Assembly (NCBI RefSeq): GCF_009914755.1
Contig: NC_060928.1
Length of the DNA stretch: 64,000 nt
Reading direction: 5' to 3' (one strand)
DNA from: the human T2T-CHM13v2.0 reference genome, Homo sapiens
The position numbers and the translations under genes were made by a program. The notes beneath the pieces are model-generated. The model was given only the letters and a program-made list of their open reading frames with translations. It searched no databases and was not told the DNA's origin. Positions 44,870-59,610 of this stretch are shown piece by piece (the stretch's first letter is position 1; each line of letters starts with the position of its first letter).

Positions 44870-45017
44870 CTTTTACAGGTGTTAGAGAAGGCCTCAAGTT
44901 GTCTAGATGATGAAAAAAGATCTTGTCACTTGTAGATCCTGGTAGGACAGAGATTCCTGCATTGTCTCCATTGAGTCGACTTCTCACTCGCTTTGGTGGA
45001 TGAGGTTTTTTAAATAA
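44870..45017 (-). CDS. WDFY3: WDFY3 exon (end of BEACH domain)
   Basis: LFKKPHPPKRVRSRLNGDNAG...LRPSLTPVK; 148 nt. Confidence 0.96.
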
Positions 45018-45049
45018 CTGGTATGAAAGAAGATGACTCACTTTATAAT

Positions 45050-45235
45050 GAAAGATAACACTTATAAGCCCTTTTATATGCCAGGCATTGTGTTCTTATT
45101 TCAATTAAGGTTCACAAGAACTATTAGGTACTATATTATCCTCATTTTACACCCGAGGAAAGAGATTCAAAGACGCTATGAAGGTGGCCAGAGAACTCAC
45201 ACCTGAATAAGCAGGGACAGGACTATGATACTAAA
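45050..45235 (-). mobile_element. MIR
   Basis: tatatgccaggcattgtg and gtactatattatcctcattttacacccgaggaaa. Confidence 0.6.
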
Positions 45236-45465
45236 GCATGGGCTATTGTCTTGTTCTATGCTAAGCTGAATTCACAATAACTTTCTCAAAGAAAGTCAAT
45301 CTACAGTTGATTGACAATTATTTTCCAATGATATTCAAAAGTTAACTCTCAGTAGCCTAATACCATTCTGTGCCATTGAAGGCAGGCAGACACTCTATCT
45401 AGTTGGATTATTTCTGGTTTCAATGTGGCCTTTATGTGATTTAGAAATATCATTTTGGTGTCCTA

Positions 45466-45924
<459 letters not shown>

Positions 45925-46636
45925 TTATTGTAAATCTTTGAGACAGGCATAGAGTAGTTTCTGTTGGAAAACTAGTATTTGAGGAGGAGATCTGAAAAAC
46001 TTTAAATGAAATGAGATTTAAGATAAATACGACACCATCACACTTTGTAAATTAGATATTTGGGGTTTCCAAGGGAAAAAAACAGAAAAAATTCTTTGTG
46101 CAGAGGAAGATACACATTCCAGACTCTCAAATCTTTAAATGTTTTATTCCTATTTTATCTACATAAAGGACTATAAGATCAGGCTTCTATAAAGATACAT
46201 AGTTTTAAAGCACTTTCATGAATGTGCATTTACTGAAGCACTTTTACGTGAGGACCTAAGGAGAGAGCACTGCGCCAGGCTGCGGGTATATAATGATGTA
46301 TGGAGATGATGACCATAAAACCTACATTTCTGAGGATGGCTTTACTTGAAAGTACCCTCTATTACTCAATGTGTGTCCCAGAAATATGTTGGCATCCAAA
46401 CGATACTTCCCAGACTTCTGGCCTCTTCTACTTCAAAGTAGCACAAAAATCCTGCAACAGTGCAAGTGTCTTGATTTTTATGTTCAGAATATGTATTTCC
46501 CCTAGGGTATGAAAGATGGCTCCAGCCCTTGTAACTCTCAGGAAAAAGAAAAAAGTTAACTAAATAAAGGTATAGCTAATATTCTTCAACTGTGAATAAT
46601 TTATCAGCAAGCATTTTGCTTTAAAAGTAAACACAG

Positions 46637-46775
46637 CCAGGCGCCGTAGCTCATGCCTGTAATCCCAGCACTTTGGTAGCTGAGGTGTGAGGACTGCTTG
46701 AGTCTAGGAGTTCAAGACCAGCCTGGGCAACATAGTGAGACTCTATCTCTATAAAATAAAAATAAATAAAAATAA
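46637..46775 (+). mobile_element. FLAM / Alu monomer
   Basis: Monomer with duplication aaaagtaaaca. Confidence 0.88.
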
Positions 46776-47431
46776 AAGTAAACATGTTTCTTTTATTAGG
46801 GGATCACATTGCTAGGGGATCAGACTGCATTGTAAATGGTACAGTTACAGCATGTCCTGCTATCTATCATGGCTTTTCTATATAAAGATATAAAGAGATG
46901 AGCCATTGTTTTGTGTGTTCTCAAGTGTCAACCCTGGAAACCTCAAGTTAACCTACAAAAAGGGAGTCCGTAGAGACATCTAAAGCAGGAAAAGAGGAGG
47001 TAGCCAGGATCAAAGTATGAGCCACTGGTACTTAGTAAAGGTGGGTGGCCTCACCAGCTCGTCAAAGTGTGCCTTCTCCACACTGTGGAGAAGTGCTGCA
47101 GTTACTTCTGGTGCACCCAGCCCTCCTGCCATACCTCGGACAATGGGGATGACAGAAGGGATGAGGTCTCTTCATGGAGGTTTGCTCATCACTGAACATG
47201 AAACAGGCCTACAGTATCTGGGTGCTGAGAGGCTTAGATCTTGGTCTTCCTCTCCAAGTTCCAGAAGGTGGTGAGGGCAGCTATTGCGTGTCCTAGGCAC
47301 TCCTATGGCACGTGCTCTCACAGCACAGCACTTATTAGGCCTATGTCAACAATCTAACCCAATCCATCATCATCTGTTCTCTGAACTACCACAATAGCTT
47401 TCTTAGTGGTCTTCCGCTCCCCATTTGGGTC

Positions 47432-47433
<2 letters not shown>

Positions 47434-47464
<31 letters not shown>

Positions 47465-47484
47465 AGACACACACACACAGAGAC

Positions 47485-47538
<54 letters not shown>
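47434..47538. repeat. Compound microsatellite (GT)n-(CA)n-(AG)n
   Basis: Read directly from the sequence. Confidence 0.97.
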
Positions 47539-47539
<1 letters not shown>

Positions 47540-47930
47540 CACGCATAGAGTAGTTTATTCTGACTGAGGCCAGAATGAACTTCTAAAGTTTAAATATGAC
47601 CATGTCATTTCTCTGCCTAAAATCAGCACTGGTTTCCCACTGGCCTCCAGACAAAACCTTGTCTCTGTGTATGTGGCCTATAAGGCCCCTCCTGTTACAT
47701 CTCATGGAGGTTTAAGAAAGCATACCCTGCATTAGTCTGTAAGGGATAATTCTCTTTAAACAAAAATTTTTATTTATCTGGACTGTGAGAGTGAGAAAAA
47801 AGCAACAATCTAGGAATCTATTGAAATCCTAGGTGATATTTATGGCTCTTTATTAAGTTAATCTAAACTTAATTATTTTGTGGTAATCTACAATCTAGAG
47901 AAATGTTACAAAATGAAACAGAGTACATCA

Positions 47931-48191
<261 letters not shown>

Positions 48192-48286
48192 TCACTGGCT
48201 GACTTCTATTACTTGCTCAGAGACTAGAAAAACCTTGGTAAGTGGTTAATAGGAACTAAAATAACTAAAAATCATAAAAACAACAT

Positions 48287-48613
48287 AGTATTCCCCTCTT
48301 ATTTGTGGTTTCACTTTCTGAGGTTTCAGTTACCTGCAGTAAACCATGGTTTGAAAATATTATTATATTTATGAGAGTGAGAGACAGAGATCACATTCAC
48401 ATAGCTCTTAGTAGGTTGTTATGATTGTTCTATTTTATTACTATTCTTAATCTCTTACTATGCCTAATATATAAATTAACCTTTATCAGAGCTATATATG
48501 TATAGGAAAATACATAGTTTATATATATATATAGGGTTTGGTACTATTCCTGGTTTCAGGCATCAACTGGGGTTCTTGGGATGTATCCCCTGTAGATAAG
48601 GGGACCTGGCTGT
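48287..48613. mobile_element. TcMar-Tigger element (MER44-like)
   Basis: Inverted ends cccctcttat...ataaggggac; ggtttcagttacc and ggtttcaggcatcaactgggg. Confidence 0.75.
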
Positions 48614-48716
48614 ATTAGTAACAAACAGGTGGTACTCTGGCTAGAGGCCCTGTCTTTGTATTATGTTCAATGACCAAATGAAATTCAACTTCAATTGTAA
48701 AATGTACTTCCATTAC

Positions 48717-48808
48717 CTCACGATGGACTCTGATGAATTCTCGTGGGTCCCCTTTTGCCCAGGGTGGAAGGATAACATCTCCAAGCTTGGTGCCATTTTG
48801 TTTACAGC
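48717..48808 (-). CDS. WDFY3: WDFY3 exon (BEACH)
   Basis: CKQNGTKLGDVILPPWAKGDPREFIRVHRE; 92 nt. Confidence 0.97.
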
Positions 48809-50275
48809 CTATGCAATTGGATACATTAAAAATAAAAAAAAAGAAAGAATGGGATAAATGGTAACTTTATATTAATCTGACTGAGAAATGGTGGGTTAGA
48901 TTCAATACCAGAACGCTAAAATTGTACACCAGAAAGGACTTCAGAGATTATCAACTCTAGCATCCCTCAAGACTGCTCCTCAGATCACTCCAGCAGAAAG
49001 AGTTACTAAGTCAGCAAAACTGAGGCCCTCACTGCCAATGTCTTCAGGAAATGCTGAGTTATACCAAGCGAAACATGCTTCTTTCTGCAGAGTCTTGAGC
49101 GCAGGACTCCTCGGAGGTTTAATATGCTAACATGCACTGCCCTTCTCTAAGAGGGATATCAAACACAAAATGTCTGAAATTTAATTGACCACAAGACTCC
49201 TTTTCAGCAAAACATTTTGCAGGGTTACTGTCTTGAATCTCCTGGACACAGTCTACTGTAGATATCTGTAATACAAGAGGTTTCTCATATCGCTGACTCT
49301 TAGGTTCTCAAAAGAGCTCTGTAGAACTGGCATGTATTTTGCAGTAAGCATTCTCATTTAAAAAGCAAAATCTGAAATGACGTAACTTTTTGCTGTTATT
49401 GCATCATTTAACAGAAAAAATATTTGGAAAAACTATAGGGCTACCTGTCAAAAACAAAAAATAACATGTTGTGATAAAGCACATAAATAATATTTATTCC
49501 ATATAAACTTATTTTAAGTGATAGCCAAGATAATTTCTAAAATATAAAAGAAACCATTCACTGTGAAATCTATCCACATCAAAATATATTAAATTTGGCT
49601 GCATCTAAACAAAAAGGGTGTTTTTCTTCTTTTTGAAATATACCAAAAAAGTCACTTTAGCTTACAGAGTTTTTATAGATACAAATCAGATTATCATTGT
49701 AAAAATGACTCTACAAACAACAATGTTGACTCACTAGTTTAATAGCAGTTGGTTAGATAAATACTTGTTCTGGAAATTTTCATACAGAAATGCAGTTGTT
49801 CAAATTTTAGAACACAAAGCCAATTCCAAGTGGAAGCGAATAAAATATCTCCCTTAGATACAATCTTGCCTTTATCATTGCTAGTCGATGGTTTATTTAC
49901 AATGTGATATCGAGTGGTACAAATATCAGTTTGTTGTTTAAAGGAATGTCTTGACTTGGTTGGAAAGGTTACCATATGATTTACAACAAAAATAAATCAA
50001 GTTATTACAACCCTTCCTCCTCAACCACACACACTGCACGCTGTCTGTTGAATCTCCCTGAAATGCCCACTAGGTCTAATTTTTTGGTAATAATAAACAG
50101 GTAAAAAGGCTACTTGAGATAGAAATTACTTTTCCAAATTTTGCTACAATCCTTGAATACTTATTTGATAGAATTTTATTTTATGAACACTATATGCAAT
50201 TTTAAAATGACATATAAAGATAACATAGTCTGCAGGAAAGCCTTTGTCTAATTCTATATAATATATATATATATA

Positions 50276-50557
50276 TTTTTTTTTTTTGAGACAGGGTCTT
50301 GCTCTGCTGTCCAGCCTGGAGTGCAGTGGTATAATCATGGCTCACTTCAGCCTTGAGCTCCTGGCCTCAAGTGATCCTTCCACCTCAGCCTCCCACGTAC
50401 AGGCACGTGCCACCATGCCTGGCTAATTATTTTATTTTGAAGGGACGAGGTTTTGCTCTGTTGCTCAGGCTAATCTTGAACTCCTGGCCTCAAGTGATGC
50501 TCCTACCTTGGCCTCCCAAAGTGCTTGAATTATAGGCAAGAGCCAGTGCTCCGCCCT
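50276..50557 (-). mobile_element. Alu (AluJ-like)
   Basis: Antisense dimer with TA-rich tail. Confidence 0.88.
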
Positions 50558-50669
50558 TAATTTTGCTATTCTGAAGCTCTCCTCCATGTGTATCCAAGGA
50601 TGCATGGACAAGAAGACCCCAGGGTGAATATTACTTATCTCATAGCAAGGGGAAAAAAAAATCCAAGTG

Positions 50670-50972
50670 CTTTTTCTTTCTTTCTTTTTTTCTTTTGAGA
50701 CAGAGTCTTGCTCTGTTGCCCAGGCTGGAGTGCAGTGGCATGATCTTGGCTCACTGCAACATCTGCCTCCCGGGTGAGTCTTGTGCCTCAGCCTTCTGAG
50801 GAGCTGGGATTACAGGCACACACCACGATGCCCAGCTAATTTTTGTATTTTTAGTGGAGATGAGTTTTCACCATGTTAGCCAGGCTGGTCTCGAATTCTT
50901 GGCCTCAAGCAATCTGCCCACCTCAGCTTCCCAAAGTCCTGGAACTACAGGCGTGAGCCACTGCGACCAGCC
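50670..50972 (-). mobile_element. Alu
   Basis: Antisense dimer flanked by ccaagtg. Confidence 0.9.
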
Positions 50973-51044
50973 CCAAGTGTGTTTTCTTTTACACCATTTA
51001 CTATTTTTTCTGTGTGAAGAGGCAAACTGTTTTTTTTTTTTTCT

Positions 51045-52172
51045 ATTGGGGTGAAATTCACATAAAGCCAGCCATTTAAAGGGAACAATGCAGTGGCATT
51101 TAGTTCAGACACAATGTTACGCAACCACGATTTCTATCTAGTCCCAAAGCATTTTTATCACCACCAAAGTAATCTTGTACCTGTTAATCAGTAGCTGCCC
51201 GTATTACCTTCAACCCAGCCCCAGAACACCAATCTGTGTCCTGTCTCTGTGGACTTACCTATTCTGAGTATTTCCTATAAATGGAAATGTACAATATGTG
51301 ACTGTTTTTGTCTGGCTTCTTTCACTTTGCGTAATGTTTTTGAGGTTCAATCACATTGTAGAGTTTATTAGTGCCTCATTCACTTTCATGGATGAATAAT
51401 ATTTCACTGTATGTATATGCTACAACTGGTTTATCCACTCATCACTTGATAGACATCTGGGCTGTTTCTGCCATTCGGTTATTGTGAATAATGCTACTAT
51501 GAACATGCTCACACACATACTTACTTGAGTTGCGTTTTCAATTCTATATACCAAGGAGTGGAACTGCTGGGTCATATGGTAATTCTGTTTAACTTTTTGA
51601 GGAACTGCCAAACTACTTCCCACAGTGGCTAAACCATTTTATGCTCCCACCAGCAATGTATGAGGGTTCTAATTTTTCTATACCTTTGCCAGCCCTTGTT
51701 GTTTTTCAGTTCCCCCCACCCCATTATGGTCATCCTAGTAAATATGAAGTGGTATCTCATTGTGGTTTTGATTTGCATTCCCCTAATGACTAATGATGTT
51801 CAGCATCTTTTCATGAGTTTACTGGCCATCTGTATAACTTATTTGGGAAATTGTCTATTCAAGCCCTTTGCCCATTTTCCAACTGGGTTGTTTGTCTTTT
51901 TGTTGTTGAGTTATAAAAGTTGTTTATATTCTGGATACTAGATCCTTATTAGATATATTATTTGCAAATATTTTCTTCCATTCTATAGGCATCTTTTCAT
52001 TTTCTTGGTAACATTCTTGGATGCAGAAACTTCTAATTTTGATTAAATCCAATTTATCTTTTGTTGTTGTTGCTTGTAATTTTGATATCATATTTAAGAA
52101 TATATTGCCAAATTCAAGATCATGAAGATTTACCCCTATGTTTTCTCATAAGAGTCGTATGATTTTAGGTTT
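51045..52172 (-). mobile_element. L1MB-like 3' fragment
   Basis: ggaactgccaaact, cccaccagcaatgtatgagggtt and gtggtatctcattgtggttttgatttgcatt. Confidence 0.88.
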
Positions 52173-52186
52173 TATATACAAACAGT

Positions 52187-52540
<354 letters not shown>

Positions 52541-52805
52541 TGAGGGTGAACATGATAAAGATACATCCTCCTTTTTTTATTTACTTATTTTAAAAGTAGA
52601 TTGGTTAGTTGGGTTTGTAAGTGGTCGGTCTGGAACACCTTTGCAACATGGATTATCATAAGTGATAGATGTTTCTGGAAGATTATGAGCTATCTCTTTC
52701 TTTCTGCACCTCTCCATATTTGTCTCTTTGACAGTGGTATCCCTGGGGAAGAAGGCAACGTTCTCCAAAGTTGAATTATAAGTGAACATAAGAAAACACT
52801 AATGT

Positions 52806-53235
<430 letters not shown>

Positions 53236-53997
53236 TCAAGGGTGAGCTCTAGGCATAATTACAGGTAATGAAAATCAATTTCAGACTTTTCCTGGGGCTC
53301 TGGAGACAGCCTTGTTATCTTTCCCATTTCACAAAGGTAGAGTTGCTGATGGACAATTAAATACATAAAAATTATCTTTAGAAAACTTCAAATAGAAATA
53401 TCTTTCATATGTATAGGATACAAACACTTCCCTGTATTTTCTGTTCATGAAAATTTGGAGGTAGTACAGTTATAATTTATGTGCTAACTCTTACAAAACA
53501 GTAGAAAATACAAGGAATGAAAAAAATATAAAACAACAAATATCTGGCAGGAATATTCTCACATGGAAACAATGGAATTTTGATATGCTTTAAAAGAAAT
53601 ACTCAGAAGCATAGATCAGCAAACTGTGTTCCAAGAAACTGTAACCAAAGTCAAATCCACTTCCTCTAACAGCCAGATAATATAAAAACAGCACTGATGG
53701 AGTTTTTCTTGTTTTTATAAATGCTGATTTGGTCCTGTTTTTCTAGAAAATAGAGTCCTTACAGGATAAAGAAAAGGGGTTTACTTAAAGTTATTCTGAA
53801 GTTCTAATTTTAAAACACATTAGCCTATGAACTGAGAATGTATTAGGCAATAAACAAGATTAAAACAATACATGGAAAATTTGGATGTACCACTCTTAGC
53901 TATTAATGGGTTTCAATAGTAATACTTTTCAATAAATTTTCACCTCTGTTTTCATCAAAACAACGAAATTCTAAATGTTGGGAGTAATCTGTCTCAA

Positions 53998-54166
53998 TAT
54001 TTATTTATTTAGAGACGGAGTCTCGCTCTGTTGCCCAGGCTGGCGTGCAGTTCACGATCTCAGCTCACTGCAACCTCCACCTCCCAGGTTCAAGCAATTT
54101 TCCTGCCTCAGCCTCCTAAGTAGCTGGGATTACAGGTGCCCACCACCACGTCTGGCTAATTTTTGT
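53998..54166 (-). mobile_element. Alu right monomer
   Basis: Truncated at the central A-rich linker. Confidence 0.85.
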
Positions 54167-54332
54167 AACGACAAAAATCACATGTAACCACACCCAATTA
54201 CAGCAAATGACTGCAAGAAACTGTATCAAATTTTTTTCTTGTTAATGTGTGCTGCAGACAATCTTCAGAGAAGTGACTTATTTCTATTGGACTTTTCCTG
54301 GCTAACATTCCTAAGACAGTGCCATAGCTCTA

Positions 54333-54515
<183 letters not shown>

Positions 54516-54799
54516 CTATTAGAGAACCGTTCCCACCTGACAGCTTCTGTCAAGTTCAAGAGCTTGAAAACTCCAACTATAGTTGGTGACATTTCAATTT
54601 CCCATTATCCTACATTAAATACGCACAAATTTTTAATAAACATAAAACATCTAATTCTCTTTGGGGTAATCCTTACAGAGGGTTCTCTCTGCATTTGTTT
54701 TTATAATCAAACTGAAATCCAAATGTAAAGATTTTAAAAAGTCATCCAAAAAATAGTAGATTTTAAAGAGAGGACAAGGCTGTAAGAAATATGAGTTCT

Positions 54800-55103
54800 G
54801 GCCGGGCGCGGCGGCTCACGCCTGTAATCCCAGCACTTTCGGAGGCCGAGGCGGGCGGATCACGAGGTCAGGAGATCGAGACCATCCTGGCTAACACGGT
54901 GAAACCCCGTCTCTACTAAAAATACAAAAAATTAGCCTGGCGAGGTGGCGGGCGCCTGTAGTCCCAGCTACTTGGGAGGCTGAGGCAGGAGAATGGCATG
55001 AACCCCAGGGGGCGGAGCCTGCAGTGAGCCGAGATCGTGCCACTGCACTCCAGCCTGGGGGATAGCGAGACTCTGTCTCAAAAAAAAAAAAAACCAAACA
55101 AAC
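54800..55103 (+). mobile_element. Young AluY (Ye-like)
   Basis: CpG-rich; gaaccccagggggcggagcctgcag; perfect 16-bp duplication aagaaatatgagttct (54784-54799, 55104-55119). Confidence 0.93.
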
Positions 55104-55479
55104 AAGAAATATGAGTTCTTCCATAGTTTGATGATGCCATCACAAGAAAAGATTCTAATGTAAATCATCTACAGTTGGAAACATTCAAATTATGTTTGGC
55201 TAATTTTATAAATTAACATGATATGCAAGTTCTCATACTAATGAAAATTAAATGGAGAATTAGAAAAGGTGATCAGTTACAGACCGATGAAGCAAATTAA
55301 AATAGAAAAGGGATATTTTTCACTACGCAGCCTCACAGGTACACTATCCATCTTCTTCAGTCAAGCCCCCTATGCTGCTGTGTTTTAAGTTAACATGGTG
55401 TACCTGTCTTACGATGCTCACTGTGGGAAAATGCCAAAGTCCATGCCATGGCTGCCAATGTCTGCCATACAATCTAGCC

Positions 55480-55978
55480 TGTTTCCTTGTCGAACTCTTC
55501 CCCTACAACTAACTTTCCTCCTTACTTACTCTATTCTGGACACACTGGCCCCCGGGCTGCTCCTCGAACATGCCAGGTACAAGCCTGCCTTAGAGCCCTT
55601 GCACAAGCTCTTCCCTCTGCCTGGAACACGTATCTCCAGATGTCTGCAGAAGCAACACCCTTACCTCCTTTAGACTTTTTTTCACAGGAGACCTACTCTG
55701 ACCACTCTACTTAAAACTGCATCCCACCTTGCCCAACCTCCTGTTCTCCCCACTTCCCATCCCCCTTTCTGGACCTATATCTTTCTGATAGCTTTTATCA
55801 CATTCTGAAACACCTTACAATTTTCTTATTTTTGATTTCTGGCTGTCTCCTTCAACTGAATTACATAAACTGCACAGGTAAGGCTTTTCTCTTTATTAAT
55901 TGAAGTCCTCCCAAGTACCTGGAACAGTGCCTGGCACACAGTAGGTATTTATTAAATATTTGCTGAATAAATGAATGA
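55480..55978 (+). mobile_element. L2 3' end
   Basis: ttccctctgcctggaac and cagtgcctggcacacagtagg...tgctgaataaatgaatga. Confidence 0.8.
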
Positions 55979-56322
55979 GAATGTACAGAAAAGCAATTAT
56001 AATCGAGGAAACAGAGAATGAGCTGGAATATATCATGTTTTTGTAAAATAAAAATTGTTTAATTCAACCAGTTAGGGCTGGTTGAAAAATGTATGCTACT
56101 TATGTATTTGATTAAAGGATGCTGGCACTTATTTGTTCTAAGCGAATTCTAGTTCATTAATCAATTTTGGTCCAACAAAATTCTACTTTAGTTATGTAAC
56201 TACTTTGTCACTAAAATTTCGCAGAGCTTCTTATAATAGAAGATAATGATGTTTTAAAAGGTGACATTTTAGATAGAAGTAGGCTTGTATAAAATAGAAA
56301 AACCCCAAATTTAAAGTTTTAC

Positions 56323-56429
56323 CTGTAGCCTTAAGAATATCTGTGTGAAAGGCTCCATCCTTACAAGGTATGAGGCCACAATCATTGCAGATGAATAGTG
56401 GGTCCCATAGTGGTATGCAGGAGTTTCTC
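56323..56429 (-). CDS. WDFY3: WDFY3 exon (BEACH)
   Basis: [35 protein letters not shown]; 107 nt. Confidence 0.98.
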
Positions 56430-57378
56430 CTGTTTAAGAAAATTAAAGCACAATTGAAACCAAAAGAAGAAATATGAAAAATAAAATTGGTATTAATTTA
56501 TGCTTGAAAATGCTAGCCTATGTGATAACTGTAACACTAAATGCAATTAGTACTGGCATTTGCAGCAGGAAAACTTCAGGACACCACTACCCCTCTCTTC
56601 TATATTTGACAGTAGTCCAGATTAAGTATAATTCAATGGCCTATTCCCACAAACTTAGTATGTCTACCAATTTCATGTTTTGAGGCTTACTATAATAGTT
56701 AACCCTTAATAGTAGACCATCTTCCACTAAAGCAGGATATTGACTTATAGTTTTTATTAGGTTCTGGCTTTGCAATTATATATTTCTCTAAATCATTGTT
56801 TATGAATGTTAAGCACTTTTATGTATTTTTACTACATATTCTCCTTGGCAGAGAGGGGGTGGGAAAAAAGAGTTCACATAGGACTACAAGCTTAGGCTTT
56901 CTTTCTCCTTTGTTTTGCCTTTTTGAGGGAGAAACACCATAAACATTAAACATAATAAATAACAAGTAAACTATAAGGTTTTAGAGTATAGTAATTTTTT
57001 TTAAATGCAAAAGGGTTCCAAAATTGCCTCAATAAAATTAAAGAGAGACAATAAATTAAAGTATGGTTCCTGGACTAAACATGATTAGAGACAGAGGCAG
57101 ATTATGATGGGAAATTTCTGCCCTATGCAAAGCAGGAATACTTAGTTTTCCACCAATACTCTGATAAGCTATTTAAAATGCCTTCTAAGCATGGCCATAA
57201 GTTGGCATGCAAACCTGATTCCTCTGCTATAATAATCTGCATATATGTGTGGACATATAATACATATAGATATGATATATAAGCAATTTGAAGGAGGATG
57301 TAGGAATGTCAGACCGCTACATAATGACTTACTTTTGAAACTTGGGTACAAAGTCCAATGACAGAAAAAGTTCCTTAC

Positions 57379-57496
57379 CATTAGGATCCTCCCAGTCTTT
57401 ATACCGCTTCTTATACTGAGCTAATCGTTCATCTGTTTGTGCTCCCATTGGCTTAGCCAGGTTTCTAAACGTCTTGGGATTAGTAAGATCCACCTC
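57379..57496 (-). CDS. WDFY3: WDFY3 exon (BEACH)
   Basis: EVDLTNPKTFRNLAKPMGAQTDERLAQYKKRYKDWEDPN; 118 nt. Confidence 0.98.
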
Positions 57497-58357
57497 CTAA
57501 AATACAAAATGTAACTCAATTCCAAGTTACTATACACTATCTAGCCTCACTAACGTAGATACAGTGGCTGTTGTGGATGATGATGATTTATAAACGCACT
57601 AGTATCTGTGGGGTCAAACTGGTATAACTGGACTCCAAAATAATGCTATATATGTACTGTTTATACACACTTTACAGACAGGCACATGGGAGTTGGTTAA
57701 CAGATTCAGTTGGAAGACAAGTGCTTTGGAAATTATATGTTTCACAGAGGAAGCCACTCAGGATCCAGGTTTAGGGGATGAGGATTAAGAGGGAAAATAC
57801 TTCCAAGTCTTGACAAGGACCCAGCAGGAGACTGTGGACACAATAGCTCCAATTCATCGTTAACTTCATCACTCACATAACTGGAGGATCAGATCTCCCT
57901 TGTGTCCTCCCTCCCTCCACCCCCGCCCTGTCTCCCTCCAACGTTACTTCTGAGCATTTTCTTCTCAGAGGTGATCTGGAAGTGATAAAAACTAGAACAC
58001 TCAGTAATTCTTTCACCTCTAAAAGATAACATCACACCAGATCAAGTAACTTCCCAATGAGATGGATTCTTCTAGTTTACCAGAGATCACTTTAAAAGTT
58101 GATGAGTTGACCTAATTCATATATTTAAAAGGAAACTAAAATTTACTCCCTGAGGATTTTAAAAGTGGAAATTTGAAATATGTGCCTGTGGCATATTTGT
58201 GTCCTTTTTATAGGACATCCTGAATAACTAATTTTGCCAAACTTTTATTTTTAAAAATCTTGGGCAGGAGAAACTGATCTACATTTATGAATGTAAGTCA
58301 AGTTAGCATATTTGTTATCTCAAAGTTTATATGTAAAGTACCTTGTTTATATTTTCT

Positions 58358-59610
58358 GGTTAATTCAACAAATGTTAAAGTATGTACAAAGTACCAGGTG
58401 TCATCCTATGGGCTGAGAGTTGAGAGAGACATAAAATGGACTATGTGCTCAAGGACCTTGACCCTACGATTGAGTAGGGTCAAACAAATAGCAGGACAAT
58501 GCTGTAAAAGAAAGCTCCCTGATTAAAATGGTGAAAAAAAAAAAAAAAACCCAACATAGGTACCATGTTATACAGCTATAGGGCAGTGTGGGAATAGAAG
58601 GCAGAGGAGAAAAAGAACAGAAGGGTCCCCATCACCGGGCTGGTACTTGAGTGCCTCCTGAAGGATGAAGTGGAGCTGGTCAGTTGAGTTAGTTGGTGGA
58701 GAGAAGAAATGCACGATGGGCACCAGGCAGGTCAGGCTGTATGTGAAAAGCCACTAAATTACAAGAGAGGGAACTGGGGTGCCCCACGATAGCAGTTCTG
58801 GGAGTATATGAGGAATATATACACAGGAGCTGCACTGAAAAGGTTGCTATAGTGAGGTTTTTCAACTCTCTCCCAAATTATGATGGTGATTCACTGAATA
58901 ATTTTATTATTTATTTTTACTTCTTTTTTTTTTTTTTTTTTGAGACAGCTTCTTGCTCTGTCGCCCAGGCTGGAGTGCAGTGGCACACTCTCAGCTCACA
59001 GCAATCTCCACCTCACCAGCTCAAGTGATCCTCCCATTTCAGCCTCCTGAGTGGCTGGGACTACAGATGCATGCCACCATGCCTGGCTAATTTTTTGTAG
59101 AGATGGGGTTTGCCATGTTGACCAGGCTGGTCTTGAACTCCTGGACTCATGCGATTTGCCCTCCTCGGCCTCCCAAAGTTCTGGGGTTACAGGTGTGAGC
59201 CACAGCACCTGGTCACTGAATGATTTTAAACAGGGGGATGACTCAATTAGTGTTCCTGAAACTGGCTGCAGTGTAGAGGGCACACTGAAGGAAGGAGAGA
59301 CTAGAGCATTAAGCCCAGTTAGGAGACTGCTGCAATGGTCCAATAAAGATGAGGAGGGCCTGAAATGAGACACTGGGTACACTGATGGAGACAAAGGTAG
59401 ACATGCCTTGGCCACTGAGCAGACATGGACAGTAGGAAAAGTATAATTTCCAGCCTGTAAGACAGCATGGATGATGGTGCCATTTCCTGAGATGGGGAAT
59501 ACACGGTGAAGGTCAGAATTGCATCGGGAGAATGTGGTAGAGAACTGAAGGTTCAGTAATGGGACCTGCCATGTTCCTATGAGATACATATTCAAATATG
59601 AGTTGACAAA
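58358..59610 (-). mobile_element. L2 fragments interrupted by an Alu
   Basis: aattcaacaaatgtt, tttaaacagggggatgac, ccagttaggagactgctgcaatggtcca and ggatgatggtgccattt. Confidence 0.65.
58902..59213 (-). mobile_element. Alu (AluJ-like)
   Basis: Antisense dimer with cactgaat(a/g)atttta duplication. Confidence 0.92.
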
